From: Pontimonas sp.
GTDB taxonomy: Bacteria > Actinomycetota > Actinomycetes > Actinomycetales > Microbacteriaceae
NCBI GenBank assembly: GCA_017857245.1
Contig: JAFMDO010000001.1
Span: 25,713-89,712, forward strand
Reading direction: 5' to 3'
DNA length: 64,000 nucleotides
The translations under genes and the position numbers were made by a program. Shown piece by piece: positions 38,333 through 48,764 of the stretch. The notes under the pieces are model-generated. The model was not told the DNA's origin, made no database searches, and was given only the letters and a program-made list of their open reading frames with translations. Numbering within the stretch: position 1 is the stretch's first letter; every line of letters begins with the position of its first letter.

Positions 38333-39607
38333 ATGGCACGCACCGGTGAAACAGGCGAGCTTCTGAAGTGTTCCTTTTGCGGCAAAAGCCAAAAGCAAGT
38401 CCAGCAGCTCATTGCGGGCCCGGGCGTCTACATCTGCGACGAATGCGTCGAACTGTGCAACGAGATCATTGATGAGCGTCAGTCCGAGGGGACTGCTCAA
38501 GCCATCGGTGACTTCGACCTCCCCAAGCCCAAGGAAATCTATGAATTCCTGGAGGAATACGTCATCGGCCAAGAGGCCGCAAAGAAGTCACTGTCCGTAG
38601 CGGTCTACAACCACTACAAACGGGTGCGGGCAGCGGCAACACCTCACCCCGTCGACGCGGAAGACGGCGTTGAGATTCAGAAGAGCAATATTTTGCTGAT
38701 CGGCCCCACCGGTTGCGGAAAGACCTATCTCGCCCAAACCCTCGCTAAACGCCTTAATGTGCCGTTTGCCGTAGCGGATGCCACCGCCCTTACCGAGGCT
38801 GGTTATGTCGGGGAAGACGTTGAAAACATTCTTCTCAAGCTTTTGCAGGCAGCTGATTATGATGTCAAGCGTGCAGAAACAGGCATCATCTATGTCGATG
38901 AAATCGACAAGATTGCCCGTAAGGCAGAGAACCCTTCGATTACCCGAGACGTGTCAGGAGAAGGCGTCCAGCAGGCACTGCTGAAAATTTTAGAAGGAAC
39001 CGTTGCTGCTGTTCCTCCGCAGGGTGGGCGCAAACATCCACAACAAGAGTTCATTCAGATTGACACCACCAACGTGCTGTTTATTGTGGCGGGTGCTTTC
39101 GCGGGGCTCGAGGAAATTATTTCCCAGCGGGTTGGGCGCCATGGAATCGGATTTGGCGCTCCTCTGCATTCCAAGAACGCTGCCGAGGACCTTTTCAGCG
39201 AAGTTCTTCCTGAGGACCTTCATAAGTTCGGTCTGATTCCCGAATTCATTGGTCGTCTTCCTGTTGTCACGACCGTGACGCCGCTGGACAAAACCGCTCT
39301 AATCGATATTTTGACCGCACCCAAAAACGCTTTGGTCAAGCAGTATCAGGCCATGTTCCTTCTGGATGGCGTGAGCCTGGACTTTGAGCAGGAAGCGCTG
39401 GAAGAGATCGCAGCGCTGGCAGAAATTCGCCAGACCGGCGCGCGCGGGCTTCGAGCGATTTTGGAAGAAGTCCTGGGGCCCGTGATGTTTGATGTGCCCT
39501 CCGCCGACGAGGTCGAGCGAGTCATCATTACGAAGGACTCTGTGTTGAAAAAATCTGGCCCCACCATCGTGGGGAAGACTGCTCAACGCCGCGAAAAATC
39601 GGCCTAG
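38333..39607 (+). CDS. clpX: ATP-dependent Clp protease ATP-binding subunit ClpX
   Basis: An N-terminal zinc finger CSFCGKSQ...YICDECV. Walker A GPTGCGKT and Walker B YVDEIDK. Length is 424 aa. Confidence 0.97.
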   Translation: MARTGETGELLKCSFCGKSQKQVQQLIAGPGVYICDECVELCNEIIDERQSEGTAQAIGDFDLPKPKEIYEFLEEYVIGQEAAKKSLSVAVYNHYKRVRAAATPHPVDAEDGVEIQKSNILLIGPTGCGKTYLAQTLAKRLNVPFAVADATALTEAGYVGEDVENILLKLLQAADYDVKRAETGIIYVDEIDKIARKAENPSITRDVSGEGVQQALLKILEGTVAAVPPQGGRKHPQQEFIQIDTTNVLFIVAGAFAGLEEIISQRVGRHGIGFGAPLHSKNAAEDLFSEVLPEDLHKFGLIPEFIGRLPVVTTVTPLDKTALIDILTAPKNALVKQYQAMFLLDGVSLDFEQEALEEIAALAEIRQTGARGLRAILEEVLGPVMFDVPSADEVERVIITKDSVLKKSGPTIVGKTAQRREKSA

Positions 39608-39610
39608 TTT

Positions 39611-39799
39611 CTACCCCTGCACCACTTCGCCGTTATCGAGCGTCGCTATGGGGCGGTTTTCCAGCCAGGTCAGAGTCCATCGAAGCGTTGCGGCTTCTTG
39701 GACGCTAAGGCTTTCTTCGACAGTCCGAATGTTGATGATGACATCGGCAGACAGGCTGCTAGGGCTTTCGCCCACGGAGAATCTGCTTCCCAAACGCAT
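39611..39799 (-). CDS. Possible small protein (62 aa) coupled to the upstream GNAT gene
   Basis: Its ATG shares one base with the GNAT TGA (TGATG). Third-position GC is about two-thirds, similar to neighbouring genes. No recognisable motif. Confidence 0.3.
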   Translation of the reverse strand: MRLGSRFSVGESPSSLSADVIINIRTVEESLSVQEAATLRWTLTWLENRPIATLDNGEVVQG

Positions 39800-40287
39800 C
39801 AGCGTGGCCCAGCAATCTCATCTTCGTACATCACCCACGAAGTTTTTGTGGCCAGAGTGTCATAGAGCCTTTGCGCCACAACATTGTCTGCTCCCGTAAT
39901 CCAACGCAACGTGCCCCCGCCATTCTGGGAGGCGTGCTCGGTAATTGCGGCAATGAGGGCCGTTGCCACTCCTCGTCCGCGGGCAGACGGGTCTGTATAT
40001 AAGTCGTCCAGGAACCAAGACGATGCGGCCGTGAAGGTGTCGGGTTGATCCCTCACGTGCGCAAATCCCACCATGGTGCCATCAATCTTCGCGATGAAGC
40101 AGCGAAGGGGGTGGTCCTCCTTCTTGATCCACTCCCACACGCCTGCTAGGACTTCGGGGGGAAAAGAGGTCTTGTAAAAAACACCGTATTCCAGGAACAG
40201 CGCCTCCCAGGCCATGTGGTCTTCGGGCGATGCTATGGAAATACTGATTTCACCGGTGTTACTCAAGGTTTGCGACCTCCAATTCAA
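39799..40287 (-). CDS. GNAT-family N-acetyltransferase
   Basis: LYTDPSARGRGVATALIAAI is the acetyl-CoA binding Q/RxxGxG/A motif. Length is 162 aa. Confidence 0.8.
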   Translation of the reverse strand: MNWRSQTLSNTGEISISIASPEDHMAWEALFLEYGVFYKTSFPPEVLAGVWEWIKKEDHPLRCFIAKIDGTMVGFAHVRDQPDTFTAASSWFLDDLYTDPSARGRGVATALIAAITEHASQNGGGTLRWITGADNVVAQRLYDTLATKTSWVMYEDEIAGPR

Positions 40288-42844
40288 GGTGGACCAAATC
40301 GATGGAATCGCCCATTTCCCAGGTGAGCTCCGCGATTTTCCCTACCGCCATTACATCCGCCTCGGCACTTTGCAGTAGCACGGGGGCTTTCATCGTGGCG
40401 CGGATAACGCCCGTCTTTTGCGCCACTTTCTGGTCGGTCTTGAAGCGCCTAATCGAAATCAAAGCCTCGCTCGCGAGGCCAAGAAGTCCAGCGAAAGTCG
40501 TGGGATCAGCAGCGGTGGCAACCTCGGAGGCTGTCGGCCACCCGGCGCGGTGAATGCTGCCCTCGTGGGTCCAGGACCACACCTCTTCGGTGGCGAAGGG
40601 AATCACGGGGGCGAAGAGTCGGAGCATGGCATCCAGCGCTCTGCGCAAAGCGGTGATGGCGCTGGTCCTCGCTTGACCTTCGCCTGTATACGCCCGTTCT
40701 TTCACCAGCTCCAGGTAGTCATCGGTAAAAGTCCAGAAAAAAGCTTCGGTGACGTCGAGAGCTTTAGCATGATCAAATTCTTCGTACGCAGCACTCGCCT
40801 GATTGATCACCTTGGCGAGATGGGCAAGCATGTCGCAATCGAGCGGCTCGGTCACCTCCCCGGTGTCGCCTTCGAAGCTATAGACGAACTTGGCGGCGTT
40901 GAGGACTTTGATGGCTAAGCGCCGTCCAATTTTGATTTGCTTTGGATTTTGGGGGTCAAACGCGGCGTCGGTACCAAGTTTGGAGGAGGCTGCCCAGTAG
41001 CGAACAGCATCAGAACCATGGTCATCCAACATTGCCTGTGGGGTGACGACGTTGCCTTTCGACTTCGACATTTTCTTGCGGTCGGGATCCACGATGAAAC
41101 CCGAAATACCGGCATTTTTCCAGGGTATGGTGCCGTGCTCTAGCTCTGCTCGGAGGACGGAGGAAAAGAGCCAGGTTCGAATGATGTCCTGTCCCTGACT
41201 GCGAAGGTCGTAGGGGAACACCAGGTCAAAGAGTTCAGGGTCCACCCCCCAGCCGCCTGCGAGTTGGGGAGTTAAGCTGCTGGTTGCCCAGGTGTCCATG
41301 ATGTCGACCTCGCCGACAAACCCACCGGGCTTGCCTCGCCGGTCTTCGCTGAAGCCCGGAGGGGGCTGCGAGGAAGGGTCGACAGGGAGGGAAGACTTCT
41401 CGGGAGCGAGAACTTCGCCCTCCAGTGGTTCACCGTGTTCATCGAGTGGATACCACACCGGAATGGGGACACCAAAGAATCGCTGCCGTGAAATAAGCCA
41501 ATCGCCGGAGAGGCCATTCACCCAGTTTTCGTAGCGAACCCGCATGAAGTCGGGGTGGAAAGCGACTTGTTTTCCCCGTTCCAGCAACCTGCTCGCGAGT
41601 TCTGGGTCTTTGGCGCCGTTGGCTATGTACCACTGGCGCGTGGTCACAATTTCGAGCGGTTTATCCCCTTTTTCAAAGAACTTCACCGGGTGGACCATTT
41701 TTTCTGGTTCCCCCAGGAGGGCGCCGCTGGCACCTAACATTTCCACCATGGCAGCTTTCGCGCTGAAAACCGTTTTCCCTGCGAGCTCGGCGAACGATTT
41801 TTGAGCATCGGAATCTGTCAGCCAGGGCGGGGTGTCTGACACGATACGACCATCGCGACCCAGAATGGGGCGAGTGTTGAGGCCTAGCTCCCGCCACCAG
41901 ATCACGTCGGTGACATCGCCAAAAGTACACACCATGGCGATGCCTGTTCCCTTGTCCTTTTGGGCGAGATGATGGGGGAGAATCGTCACCTCCACACCAA
42001 ACAGCGGCGAGGTGACGGTGGTGCCAAAAAGGCCTTGATAGCGTTCGTCATCGGGGTGCGCGACTAAAGCCACACAGGCGGGAATAAGTTCTGGCCTGGT
42101 TGTCACGATGACGACATCATCGCCCCCACTTGCGGACCCAAAGGCGACACGGTGGTAGGCGGAGGGTTGTTCCCTGTCTTCAAGTTCAGCCTGGGCCACG
42201 GCGGTTCTAAAGGTAATGTCCCAGAGCGTTGGAGCATCCGCCCGGTATGCCTCACCACGATCGAGATTGTTCAAGAAGGCCTGTTGGGCAACGCGCTGGG
42301 AATGGTTATCAATGGTGCGATAGGTCAGCGACCAATCCACGCTGAGACCGAGGGATCGCCACAAGTCTTCGAATTGCTTCTCGTCCTCGAGCGTGAGTTT
42401 CTCGCACAACTCAATAAAGTTCCGCCGGCTGATGGGCTCTTGATCACCTGGCTTAGAGCCATCCGTTGTAGCGCCACTCTCCAGGGGTGGGACGAATCTT
42501 TCGGTGTACGGGAGCGAAGGGTCGCAGCGCACACCGTAGTAGTTCTGGACGCGCCGCTCGGTGGGTAAGCCGTTATCGTCCCAGCCCATGGGGTAAAAAA
42601 TCTCTTTGCCTTGCATGCGCTGGTAGCGCGCTTGCAGGTCCATATGCGTGTAGCTAAAGACGTGCCCAATGTGAAGGCTGCCCGAAGCCGTTGGCGGGGG
42701 AGTGTCGATGGCAAAGACATTGTCTTTACCCCGCTTCACTGCTTCGTCGCGGTTGAAGCGGTAGGTCCCCTGGGATTCCCAGGCTTCCCCCCAGGTGTTT
42801 TCAAGGCCTTCTAGAACGGGTTTCTCGGGAATGGACCTCGTCAT
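40259..42844 (-). CDS. valS: Valine--tRNA ligase
   Basis: Contains PPPTASGSLHIGH (HIGH motif) and KMSKSKGN (KMSKS). Length is 861 aa. Confidence 0.97.
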   Translation of the reverse strand: MTRSIPEKPVLEGLENTWGEAWESQGTYRFNRDEAVKRGKDNVFAIDTPPPTASGSLHIGHVFSYTHMDLQARYQRMQGKEIFYPMGWDDNGLPTERRVQNYYGVRCDPSLPYTERFVPPLESGATTDGSKPGDQEPISRRNFIELCEKLTLEDEKQFEDLWRSLGLSVDWSLTYRTIDNHSQRVAQQAFLNNLDRGEAYRADAPTLWDITFRTAVAQAELEDREQPSAYHRVAFGSASGGDDVVIVTTRPELIPACVALVAHPDDERYQGLFGTTVTSPLFGVEVTILPHHLAQKDKGTGIAMVCTFGDVTDVIWWRELGLNTRPILGRDGRIVSDTPPWLTDSDAQKSFAELAGKTVFSAKAAMVEMLGASGALLGEPEKMVHPVKFFEKGDKPLEIVTTRQWYIANGAKDPELASRLLERGKQVAFHPDFMRVRYENWVNGLSGDWLISRQRFFGVPIPVWYPLDEHGEPLEGEVLAPEKSSLPVDPSSQPPPGFSEDRRGKPGGFVGEVDIMDTWATSSLTPQLAGGWGVDPELFDLVFPYDLRSQGQDIIRTWLFSSVLRAELEHGTIPWKNAGISGFIVDPDRKKMSKSKGNVVTPQAMLDDHGSDAVRYWAASSKLGTDAAFDPQNPKQIKIGRRLAIKVLNAAKFVYSFEGDTGEVTEPLDCDMLAHLAKVINQASAAYEEFDHAKALDVTEAFFWTFTDDYLELVKERAYTGEGQARTSAITALRRALDAMLRLFAPVIPFATEEVWSWTHEGSIHRAGWPTASEVATAADPTTFAGLLGLASEALISIRRFKTDQKVAQKTGVIRATMKAPVLLQSAEADVMAVGKIAELTWEMGDSIDLVHLELEVANLE

Positions 42845-42955
42845 GGCCGAACACCTTCTTCGCTATAGGCGGCACCGTGTCTAGGGTGCCTGAGTGTGAG
42901 TACCTCTATCGTACAAAACAACTACCGACCAATTGTCCGAGGACGCTGCTGGGGG

Positions 42956-43558
42956 TTACTCCTGAGCAAAACCCTGGACCACAGGCTCCAGTGCCTCTCG
43001 CAGGTAGGTGTCAAGGGGGTGACGGGACGTCCCTGCCTCAGCCCACTCTTGAGTCGCTGCGATCGCCGTTGCGATGCTCGCATAGGCCGCAGCTCTTGCT
43101 CGGGGAGCGCTAAATCCGAAGCCTTGGAGGAACTCGGAAATGATAGTTGCCTGGTTGCTAAACCGGGTAAGGGCCGAAGACTGTAGCTCGTGAACGCTAC
43201 CCATTAGCTCATGCTGCGTAAGAGCGAGCGGAACACGGCCTTCGCCCATCTCTCGCGCAACGGCACAGAGGCCTTGGAGGACCACGAGAAGCCCGACGGT
43301 AGGGGTTTTCTCCACCGATTGGTGGTCGCCAAGCACCCCGCTCAAACGACGGAGCGCGTCGTCAAGATCCACCCAGAACACATCACTCTTGGCAGGAAAA
43401 TAGTTAAAAAATGTCGCTCGGCTGACCCCTGCCCGCTGGGTAATCTCCTCGATGGTGGTCTTGGCGTAGGTCTGTTCGACGAAAAGCTCCAGGGCAGCTT
43501 CTTGAAGCATTTCGGGTGAGGAAGCCAATGGCCTTCCACGGGTAAGGTGCTCTCCCAC
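42956..43558 (-). CDS. TetR-family transcriptional regulator
   Basis: The N-terminal HTH is TYAKTTIEEITQRAGVSRATFFNYFPAKSDVF. It is divergent from the ABC importer operon. Confidence 0.85.
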   Translation of the reverse strand: MGEHLTRGRPLASSPEMLQEAALELFVEQTYAKTTIEEITQRAGVSRATFFNYFPAKSDVFWVDLDDALRRLSGVLGDHQSVEKTPTVGLLVVLQGLCAVAREMGEGRVPLALTQHELMGSVHELQSSALTRFSNQATIISEFLQGFGFSAPRARAAAYASIATAIAATQEWAEAGTSRHPLDTYLREALEPVVQGFAQE

Positions 43559-43636
43559 ACGGCCCCCTTAGTAATTGTTGAACTGAGTCTAGTTAATGTA
43601 CGCTAGGGATTTCGATACCTCACCGAAAGTGGATAC

Positions 43637-45301
43637 ATGCCTCGCAGAACCTCCCTCATTCGAAAAATCTCCTCTATCGGAGCGGTCGTTGCTCTTGCCG
43701 CGACTCTCGGAGCGTGCGCTGGCGACGAAGCACCCGCGGAGTCAACGATGTCAGAAGCACCCGCTGAGTCGACCATTTCTTTCGCCATTGAAGGCGCAAA
43801 CCTCAGCTCGGGACACATGGATATTCATTCGAGCCAGCTCGATGTCGCCTCTCTGGTGCTGCGCAACGCGTTTGACTCACTGGTCGCGCAGGACGCCTCC
43901 GGCGCCTTTGTGCCGTGGCTCGCTTCGTCCTGGACAATCTCTGAAGACGAGCTGGAATATGTCTTCCAGTTGCGCGAAGACGTTACCTTCCACGATGGTG
44001 AGCCTTTCAACGCCCAAGCGGTGAAGGCCAACTTTGATCACGTGGTTGCCCCAGAAACAGCTTCGGCCCAAGCCGCAAGCTTGATTGGGTATGCCGAAGA
44101 TGGCGGTTATTACGTGGGTACGGAGGTCTTGGGAGAATTCGAGGTCGCCGTCACCTTCAGCCAGCCCTATGCGCCGTTCCTCCAGGGTCTGAGCCTTCCC
44201 CAGCTGGGTTTTTACTCACCCGTGGTCCTCAAAGAAAATGCCGCCGATCTGAAAGCGGGCGGACCGGAAGTCACTGTCGGCACGGGACCCTTCGTGTTGA
44301 GCGAGTTCACCCCCGACCAGCAGCTCGTATTTGTCGCAAATCCCGACTATGACTGGGCGCCCACAGGGTCAACCCATCAAGGAAGAGCAGCCTCGGACAC
44401 CCTCGTCATTTCCATCGTGCCAGAGACCGCTTCACGGGTGGGAGCAATTACCACCGGGGAAGCGGATGTCGCGGCAGATTTCACCCCGGACATGGCGGCG
44501 CAAGTCGGCGCGGATGCCCAGACCTTCTCCATTGAAATGCCGGGCGTTCCCTACTCCCTTTATATCAACGAGGCCGATGGCGTTTTTGCTGACGTGCGTG
44601 TACGCGAGGCCTTCAGCCTGGGATTTGATGCCGAGCCAGCAATTGCGAGCATCTATCTGGGACAGTTCAGCCGAGCCTGGAGCATTTTGGGCCCCACCAC
44701 GCCTAACTCCTACGATGCCTCACTGGAGGGTTCGTGGCCCTACAGCCCAGACAAGGCAGACGAACTCTTGGACTCTGCGGGATGGACAGAACGGGACTCT
44801 GAGGGGTATCGCACCAAAGATGGCGAGCGTTTGAGTGCTCGCTGGATCGCCTACACCCCTGTTCCCGATGACCGCGCGAGCCTCGCGAACTTCATCCAGT
44901 CAGATCTGAAGGAAATCGGATTCGAGCTCGTTCGGGAAGTGCTGGAACCCGCGCAGTATATGGAGTTTTATGGACCCAGGGATTTTGACCTGACCGACTG
45001 GGCATTTTCCAGCCCTGACGCTGATGTGTTGCGCAGCCACCTCAAAACCGGTGGCTTTCAAACAGTCTCCAGTGTGACAAAGCCTGAGGTTGATCAGTGG
45101 CTCAGCGATGCTGTGGCCACCAGTTCACCCGCTGCGAGAGAGGCCCTGTATCAGCAAATCCAGCAGTGGAATGCGGAGCAGGTGTTGATCGTACCTCTCT
45201 ACGTTCCCTCCGAAATCACCGTCGCTACCTCGGGTGTTGAAGGATTGATTTTTGACCTCTACGGTCGAGCATCCTTCTACGGCGCCACCGTCGAGCGGTA
45301 G
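43637..45301 (+). CDS. ABC transporter substrate-binding lipoprotein, peptide/nickel (family 5) type
   Basis: The lipobox is LAATLGACAG. Typical SBP_bac_5 segments are present (LV.QDASGAFVPWLASSW, FHDGEPFNAQAV, GTGPFVLSEF). Confidence 0.9.
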   Translation: MPRRTSLIRKISSIGAVVALAATLGACAGDEAPAESTMSEAPAESTISFAIEGANLSSGHMDIHSSQLDVASLVLRNAFDSLVAQDASGAFVPWLASSWTISEDELEYVFQLREDVTFHDGEPFNAQAVKANFDHVVAPETASAQAASLIGYAEDGGYYVGTEVLGEFEVAVTFSQPYAPFLQGLSLPQLGFYSPVVLKENAADLKAGGPEVTVGTGPFVLSEFTPDQQLVFVANPDYDWAPTGSTHQGRAASDTLVISIVPETASRVGAITTGEADVAADFTPDMAAQVGADAQTFSIEMPGVPYSLYINEADGVFADVRVREAFSLGFDAEPAIASIYLGQFSRAWSILGPTTPNSYDASLEGSWPYSPDKADELLDSAGWTERDSEGYRTKDGERLSARWIAYTPVPDDRASLANFIQSDLKEIGFELVREVLEPAQYMEFYGPRDFDLTDWAFSSPDADVLRSHLKTGGFQTVSSVTKPEVDQWLSDAVATSSPAAREALYQQIQQWNAEQVLIVPLYVPSEITVATSGVEGLIFDLYGRASFYGATVER

Positions 45302-45315
45302 TTGGCCGTGAGGTA

Positions 45316-46296
45316 GTGACCACGCACGCGAGCACACCCTGGCGAGGAACACTCTCCAGGGTGTTTCTCTTCTTGGCACAATCTCTCGGGAGATTTGTCC
45401 TTGTCATCTGGGGGGCGGCAACAGCAGGATTTGTAGCCCTCCGGTTGATTCCCGGCGACCCTGTCGATGTCATGCTCGGCGTCCAGGCGCGGGTATCCGA
45501 ATCTGTTCGCGCCCAGATACGACTGGAGTGGGGTCTTGATGAACCACTTATTACGCAATACTTCCTATACCTTGGCCGCCTTATTCAAGGCGATCTGGGC
45601 GTCTCCTACCAGCTTCGCACTCCGGTGGTGGACGTTCTTGCTCAGCAAGCTCTGCCTACTCTTCAACTCGCTGCGGGAGCAATTTTCTTAGCGACTCTCT
45701 TCGCCCTAGGGGGAGCACTTTTTGGGCGAGGAGCGAGGCTAAAAAAAGCGGTGTCGGTGGCGGAACTGATTGTCATTTCTTCGCCCACCTACTGGATCGG
45801 TCTTCTTCTGCTGGCTGTTTTCTCCCTCCAATTAGGGTGGTTTCCGGTTACCGGCGCGCAGGGAATATCGTCCCTGGTGTTGCCGTCTCTCACTCTTGCG
45901 TTGCCCGTGGCCGGCATCGTGAGCCAAGTACTTCGGCACGGCCTCGATGCGGCGGAGGGACAACCTTTTGCCATGACGGCCCGCTCCAGAGGGGTGTCGC
46001 CCTCGGCGCTGGTTCGACGCCATTCCCTGCGCCATGCCGCGATGGACGCTCTGACTCTTGGTGGATACCTGGTGGGATCTCTGCTCGGGGGAGCGGTTCT
46101 GGTAGAAACCGTTTTCGCCCGTCCAGGGTTAGGCCAAGTGGCTATCAGAGCCATTGTGGGACGAGATTTTCCTGTGATTCTGGGGATTATTGTGGTGGGG
46201 GCAGTGGTTTTTGCCCTCGTCAACCTCGCGGTGGATCTCAGCTATCGCACACTTGACCCGCGCCTTCGGCGAGTGTCTGTGGAGACGCGATCGTGA
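45316..46296 (+). CDS. ABC transporter permease (DppB/OppB-like)
   Basis: Contains LRLIPGDPV near the N-terminus and an EAA-like loop ARSRGVSPSALVRRHSLRHA. About six TM segments. Confidence 0.9.
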   Translation: MTTHASTPWRGTLSRVFLFLAQSLGRFVLVIWGAATAGFVALRLIPGDPVDVMLGVQARVSESVRAQIRLEWGLDEPLITQYFLYLGRLIQGDLGVSYQLRTPVVDVLAQQALPTLQLAAGAIFLATLFALGGALFGRGARLKKAVSVAELIVISSPTYWIGLLLLAVFSLQLGWFPVTGAQGISSLVLPSLTLALPVAGIVSQVLRHGLDAAEGQPFAMTARSRGVSPSALVRRHSLRHAAMDALTLGGYLVGSLLGGAVLVETVFARPGLGQVAIRAIVGRDFPVILGIIVVGAVVFALVNLAVDLSYRTLDPRLRRVSVETRS

Positions 46297-47156
46297 GGTC
46301 CCTCCTCGGAGAAGGGAAAGAGAACCCCCTCCCCAAGCGTGTTCCCGGTCCGCAGCTTCCCCTCGGGGTAATCATTGCGGCAATCACGTTGGGGCTGATT
46401 GCGTTGGCCGCGCTTTTCCCATGGCTCCTCACCGCTGAAAGCCCCCTCGAGACAGATTCCAGTGCCACACTTCAGGCTCCCAGTGCTGCCCATCTTTTTG
46501 GGACCGACCAGTCTGGTCGGGACGTGTTCGCACGGGTGGTCTATGGGGCGCGCTATTCGCTCGCGGTAGGGCTCGGGGCGACGGCGTGCGCACTATTGGT
46601 CGGAATTCTTCTGGGGGTGGGTGCTGCCAGAGGACCCCGCATCCTCGACACCGCGCTGTCGCGCTTCATTGATGTGGTCATGGCGTTCCCTGAATTCCTG
46701 CTCGCCCTGATCGTCATTGCCGTTATTGGGGTGGGGGGTGCCAGTATTCCTGTCGCGGTCGCGCTTGCAGCAATCCCCGCCTATGCCCGAGTGGCTCGGG
46801 CAGAAACTCTCGTTGTCTCCCAAGCTGGGTACATTACTGCTGCCCGCGCGCTGGGGGTTCCTCCGGCAGCGATTCTTTTTCGCCACATCATCCCCAACAT
46901 CCTTGGCCCCTTACTCGTGATGGCAACCATCGGGGTGGGGACGGCGATCGTCACCGCCTCAGGGCTCAGTTTTCTCGGCCTTGGCCTTCAGCCGCCGACT
47001 CCTGAGTGGGGGCTCATTCTTTCCGAGGGTAGGAATTTCCTCGCCACCGCCTGGTGGATTGGTGTCTTCCCCGGCCTTGCGATCACGTCAACAGTTCTTG
47101 CCATCAGCGCGGTGGGGCGCCACCTGCGCTTGCGCGGCGAGGGGAGGGTCTCGTGA
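46293..47156 (+). CDS. ABC transporter permease (DppC/OppC-like)
   Basis: Contains HLFGTDQSGRDVFARVVYGARYSL and the ARALGVPPAAILFRHIIPN EAA loop. It overlaps the upstream permease by 4 nt. Confidence 0.9.
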   Translation: MRSLLGEGKENPLPKRVPGPQLPLGVIIAAITLGLIALAALFPWLLTAESPLETDSSATLQAPSAAHLFGTDQSGRDVFARVVYGARYSLAVGLGATACALLVGILLGVGAARGPRILDTALSRFIDVVMAFPEFLLALIVIAVIGVGGASIPVAVALAAIPAYARVARAETLVVSQAGYITAARALGVPPAAILFRHIIPNILGPLLVMATIGVGTAIVTASGLSFLGLGLQPPTPEWGLILSEGRNFLATAWWIGVFPGLAITSTVLAISAVGRHLRLRGEGRVS

Positions 47157-48727
47157 CCCATCCTGCCGTTGAGGTCGCACACCTCCGGATTCAGTTCCCT
47201 GGAAGCCAGGCACCCGCTGTCAGCGATGTGTCCTTCCATATCGATGCCGGTGAGTGTTTGGCACTGGTGGGGGAATCGGGCTCCGGGAAATCTCTGACGG
47301 CACTATCTCTCCTGGGGTTGGTACCCCCAGGGGCAGACCAACGAGTGGAGACCCTGCGGGTGGCCGGCGTGGATACCGGAGGATTTTCTCCACTGCAGTG
47401 GCGATCCCTTCGAGGTACTCGGGTGGGACTGGTCAGCCAAGACGCTCTGGTCTCTTTGGATCCTCTGCGCCGGATTGAAGAGGAAGTGGCAGAAGTTCTC
47501 GAGATAGCTCGTCCCAAGCTTTCTCGTGAGGAGCGATCACGCCGAGTTACCCGCGCTCTCGAGATGGCAGCGATGCCTGACCCCGAGTATCGGAGGCGTC
47601 AATATCCGCATGAGCTCTCGGGCGGAATGCGCCAACGCGCATTGATTGCGTCAGCTTTGGCCGGGAACCCGGAGGTGCTGATTGCCGATGAGCCCACCAC
47701 AGCTCTTGACTCGCTGACCCAATCCCACATCCTTGACCTGTTGAGCTCTCTGAAGCGCTCTGGCTTGGCCCTGCTGTTGGTGAGCCATGACCTTCACCTC
47801 GTGAGTCAACTAGCTGACCGCATCGCGGTGATGCGTGGCGGCGTCATCCTCGAGCAGGGCTCCAGCGCAGAAGTGTTTAATCGTCCACGCCACCCCTACA
47901 CCGGGGAACTGGTCGCCGCGGTGGCGAAGCGGCGCAGCGCGATCACGGTGACACCGGATGCTTCCCCTCTAGCCCTGTCGTGGCAGGGAATCCACCGGCG
48001 CTATCAAGGCCCCGACGGCACCCCCACCCAAGCCCTTCGCGACGTGTCCTTCCAGGTTAGATCCGGCACAACGCTCGGAATTGTGGGTCAGTCAGGGTCG
48101 GGCAAGAGCACGCTGGGCAGGATATTGATGGCCTTAGAAACACCAGATTCCGGTGTGGTGGAGCTTTTTGGCCAGCCGTGGTCTAGCGAACGCGAAAAGG
48201 CTAGGCGTCCTCGCCGGGGGGCCATCCAGCTCATTGAACAAAATCCGCTGGATGCGCTTGACCCTCGATGGACCGTTCGCCGCATTGTCGAGGAGGCGCT
48301 TGAACTTGACACATCCAGCGATGGCACGCCAGGGGAGCGACTCTTGGAAACCCTCGGGCTTGTGGGGCTTGCCCCTGAATTGCTCGGCAGGCGACCCCAC
48401 CAGCTCTCGGGAGGGCAACGACAGCGGGTGGCTATCGCAAGGGCACTTGCCCGCAAGCCTTCGGTCCTGATTCTTGATGAACCCGTGTCTGCGTTGGACG
48501 CTGTGGTCCAAGCTCAAATTCTCACCCTGCTGGGCTCACTCCAGCGCGATTTGGGTTTGACACTGATTCTGATTTCCCATGACTTGGGCGTTATCGCTCA
48601 CCTCAGCGACGAGGTGTTGGTGTTGCTGGAAGGCGAAGCCATCGAGTCAGGGCCCCTGGAGAGAATCCTCGACAACCCCTCCCACGCCCATACCCGCGCT
48701 CTCTTGGAAGCTTCGCGAGCCCTCTGA
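47153..48727 (+). CDS. ABC transporter ATP-binding protein with two fused cassettes (DppD/DppF-like)
   Basis: The GTG at 47153 overlaps the upstream stop (GTGA). Walker A GESGSGKS and GQSGSGKS. Signatures LSGGMRQR and LSGGQRQR. Confidence 0.9.
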   Translation: MTHPAVEVAHLRIQFPGSQAPAVSDVSFHIDAGECLALVGESGSGKSLTALSLLGLVPPGADQRVETLRVAGVDTGGFSPLQWRSLRGTRVGLVSQDALVSLDPLRRIEEEVAEVLEIARPKLSREERSRRVTRALEMAAMPDPEYRRRQYPHELSGGMRQRALIASALAGNPEVLIADEPTTALDSLTQSHILDLLSSLKRSGLALLLVSHDLHLVSQLADRIAVMRGGVILEQGSSAEVFNRPRHPYTGELVAAVAKRRSAITVTPDASPLALSWQGIHRRYQGPDGTPTQALRDVSFQVRSGTTLGIVGQSGSGKSTLGRILMALETPDSGVVELFGQPWSSEREKARRPRRGAIQLIEQNPLDALDPRWTVRRIVEEALELDTSSDGTPGERLLETLGLVGLAPELLGRRPHQLSGGQRQRVAIARALARKPSVLILDEPVSALDAVVQAQILTLLGSLQRDLGLTLILISHDLGVIAHLSDEVLVLLEGEAIESGPLERILDNPSHAHTRALLEASRAL

Positions 48728-48764
48728 GTCGGGTGCGCTTTGGAGCCACAGGTCCTACACTGGG

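Noticed and set aside
42845-42955. A possible T-box or other leader in front of valS, by analogy with ileS.
   Set aside because: The reverse complement contains no GGTGGTACC-type T-box core. The region is only ~110 nt and mainly holds a GGCACC-N8-GGTGCC hairpin, which is better explained as the TetR gene terminator.
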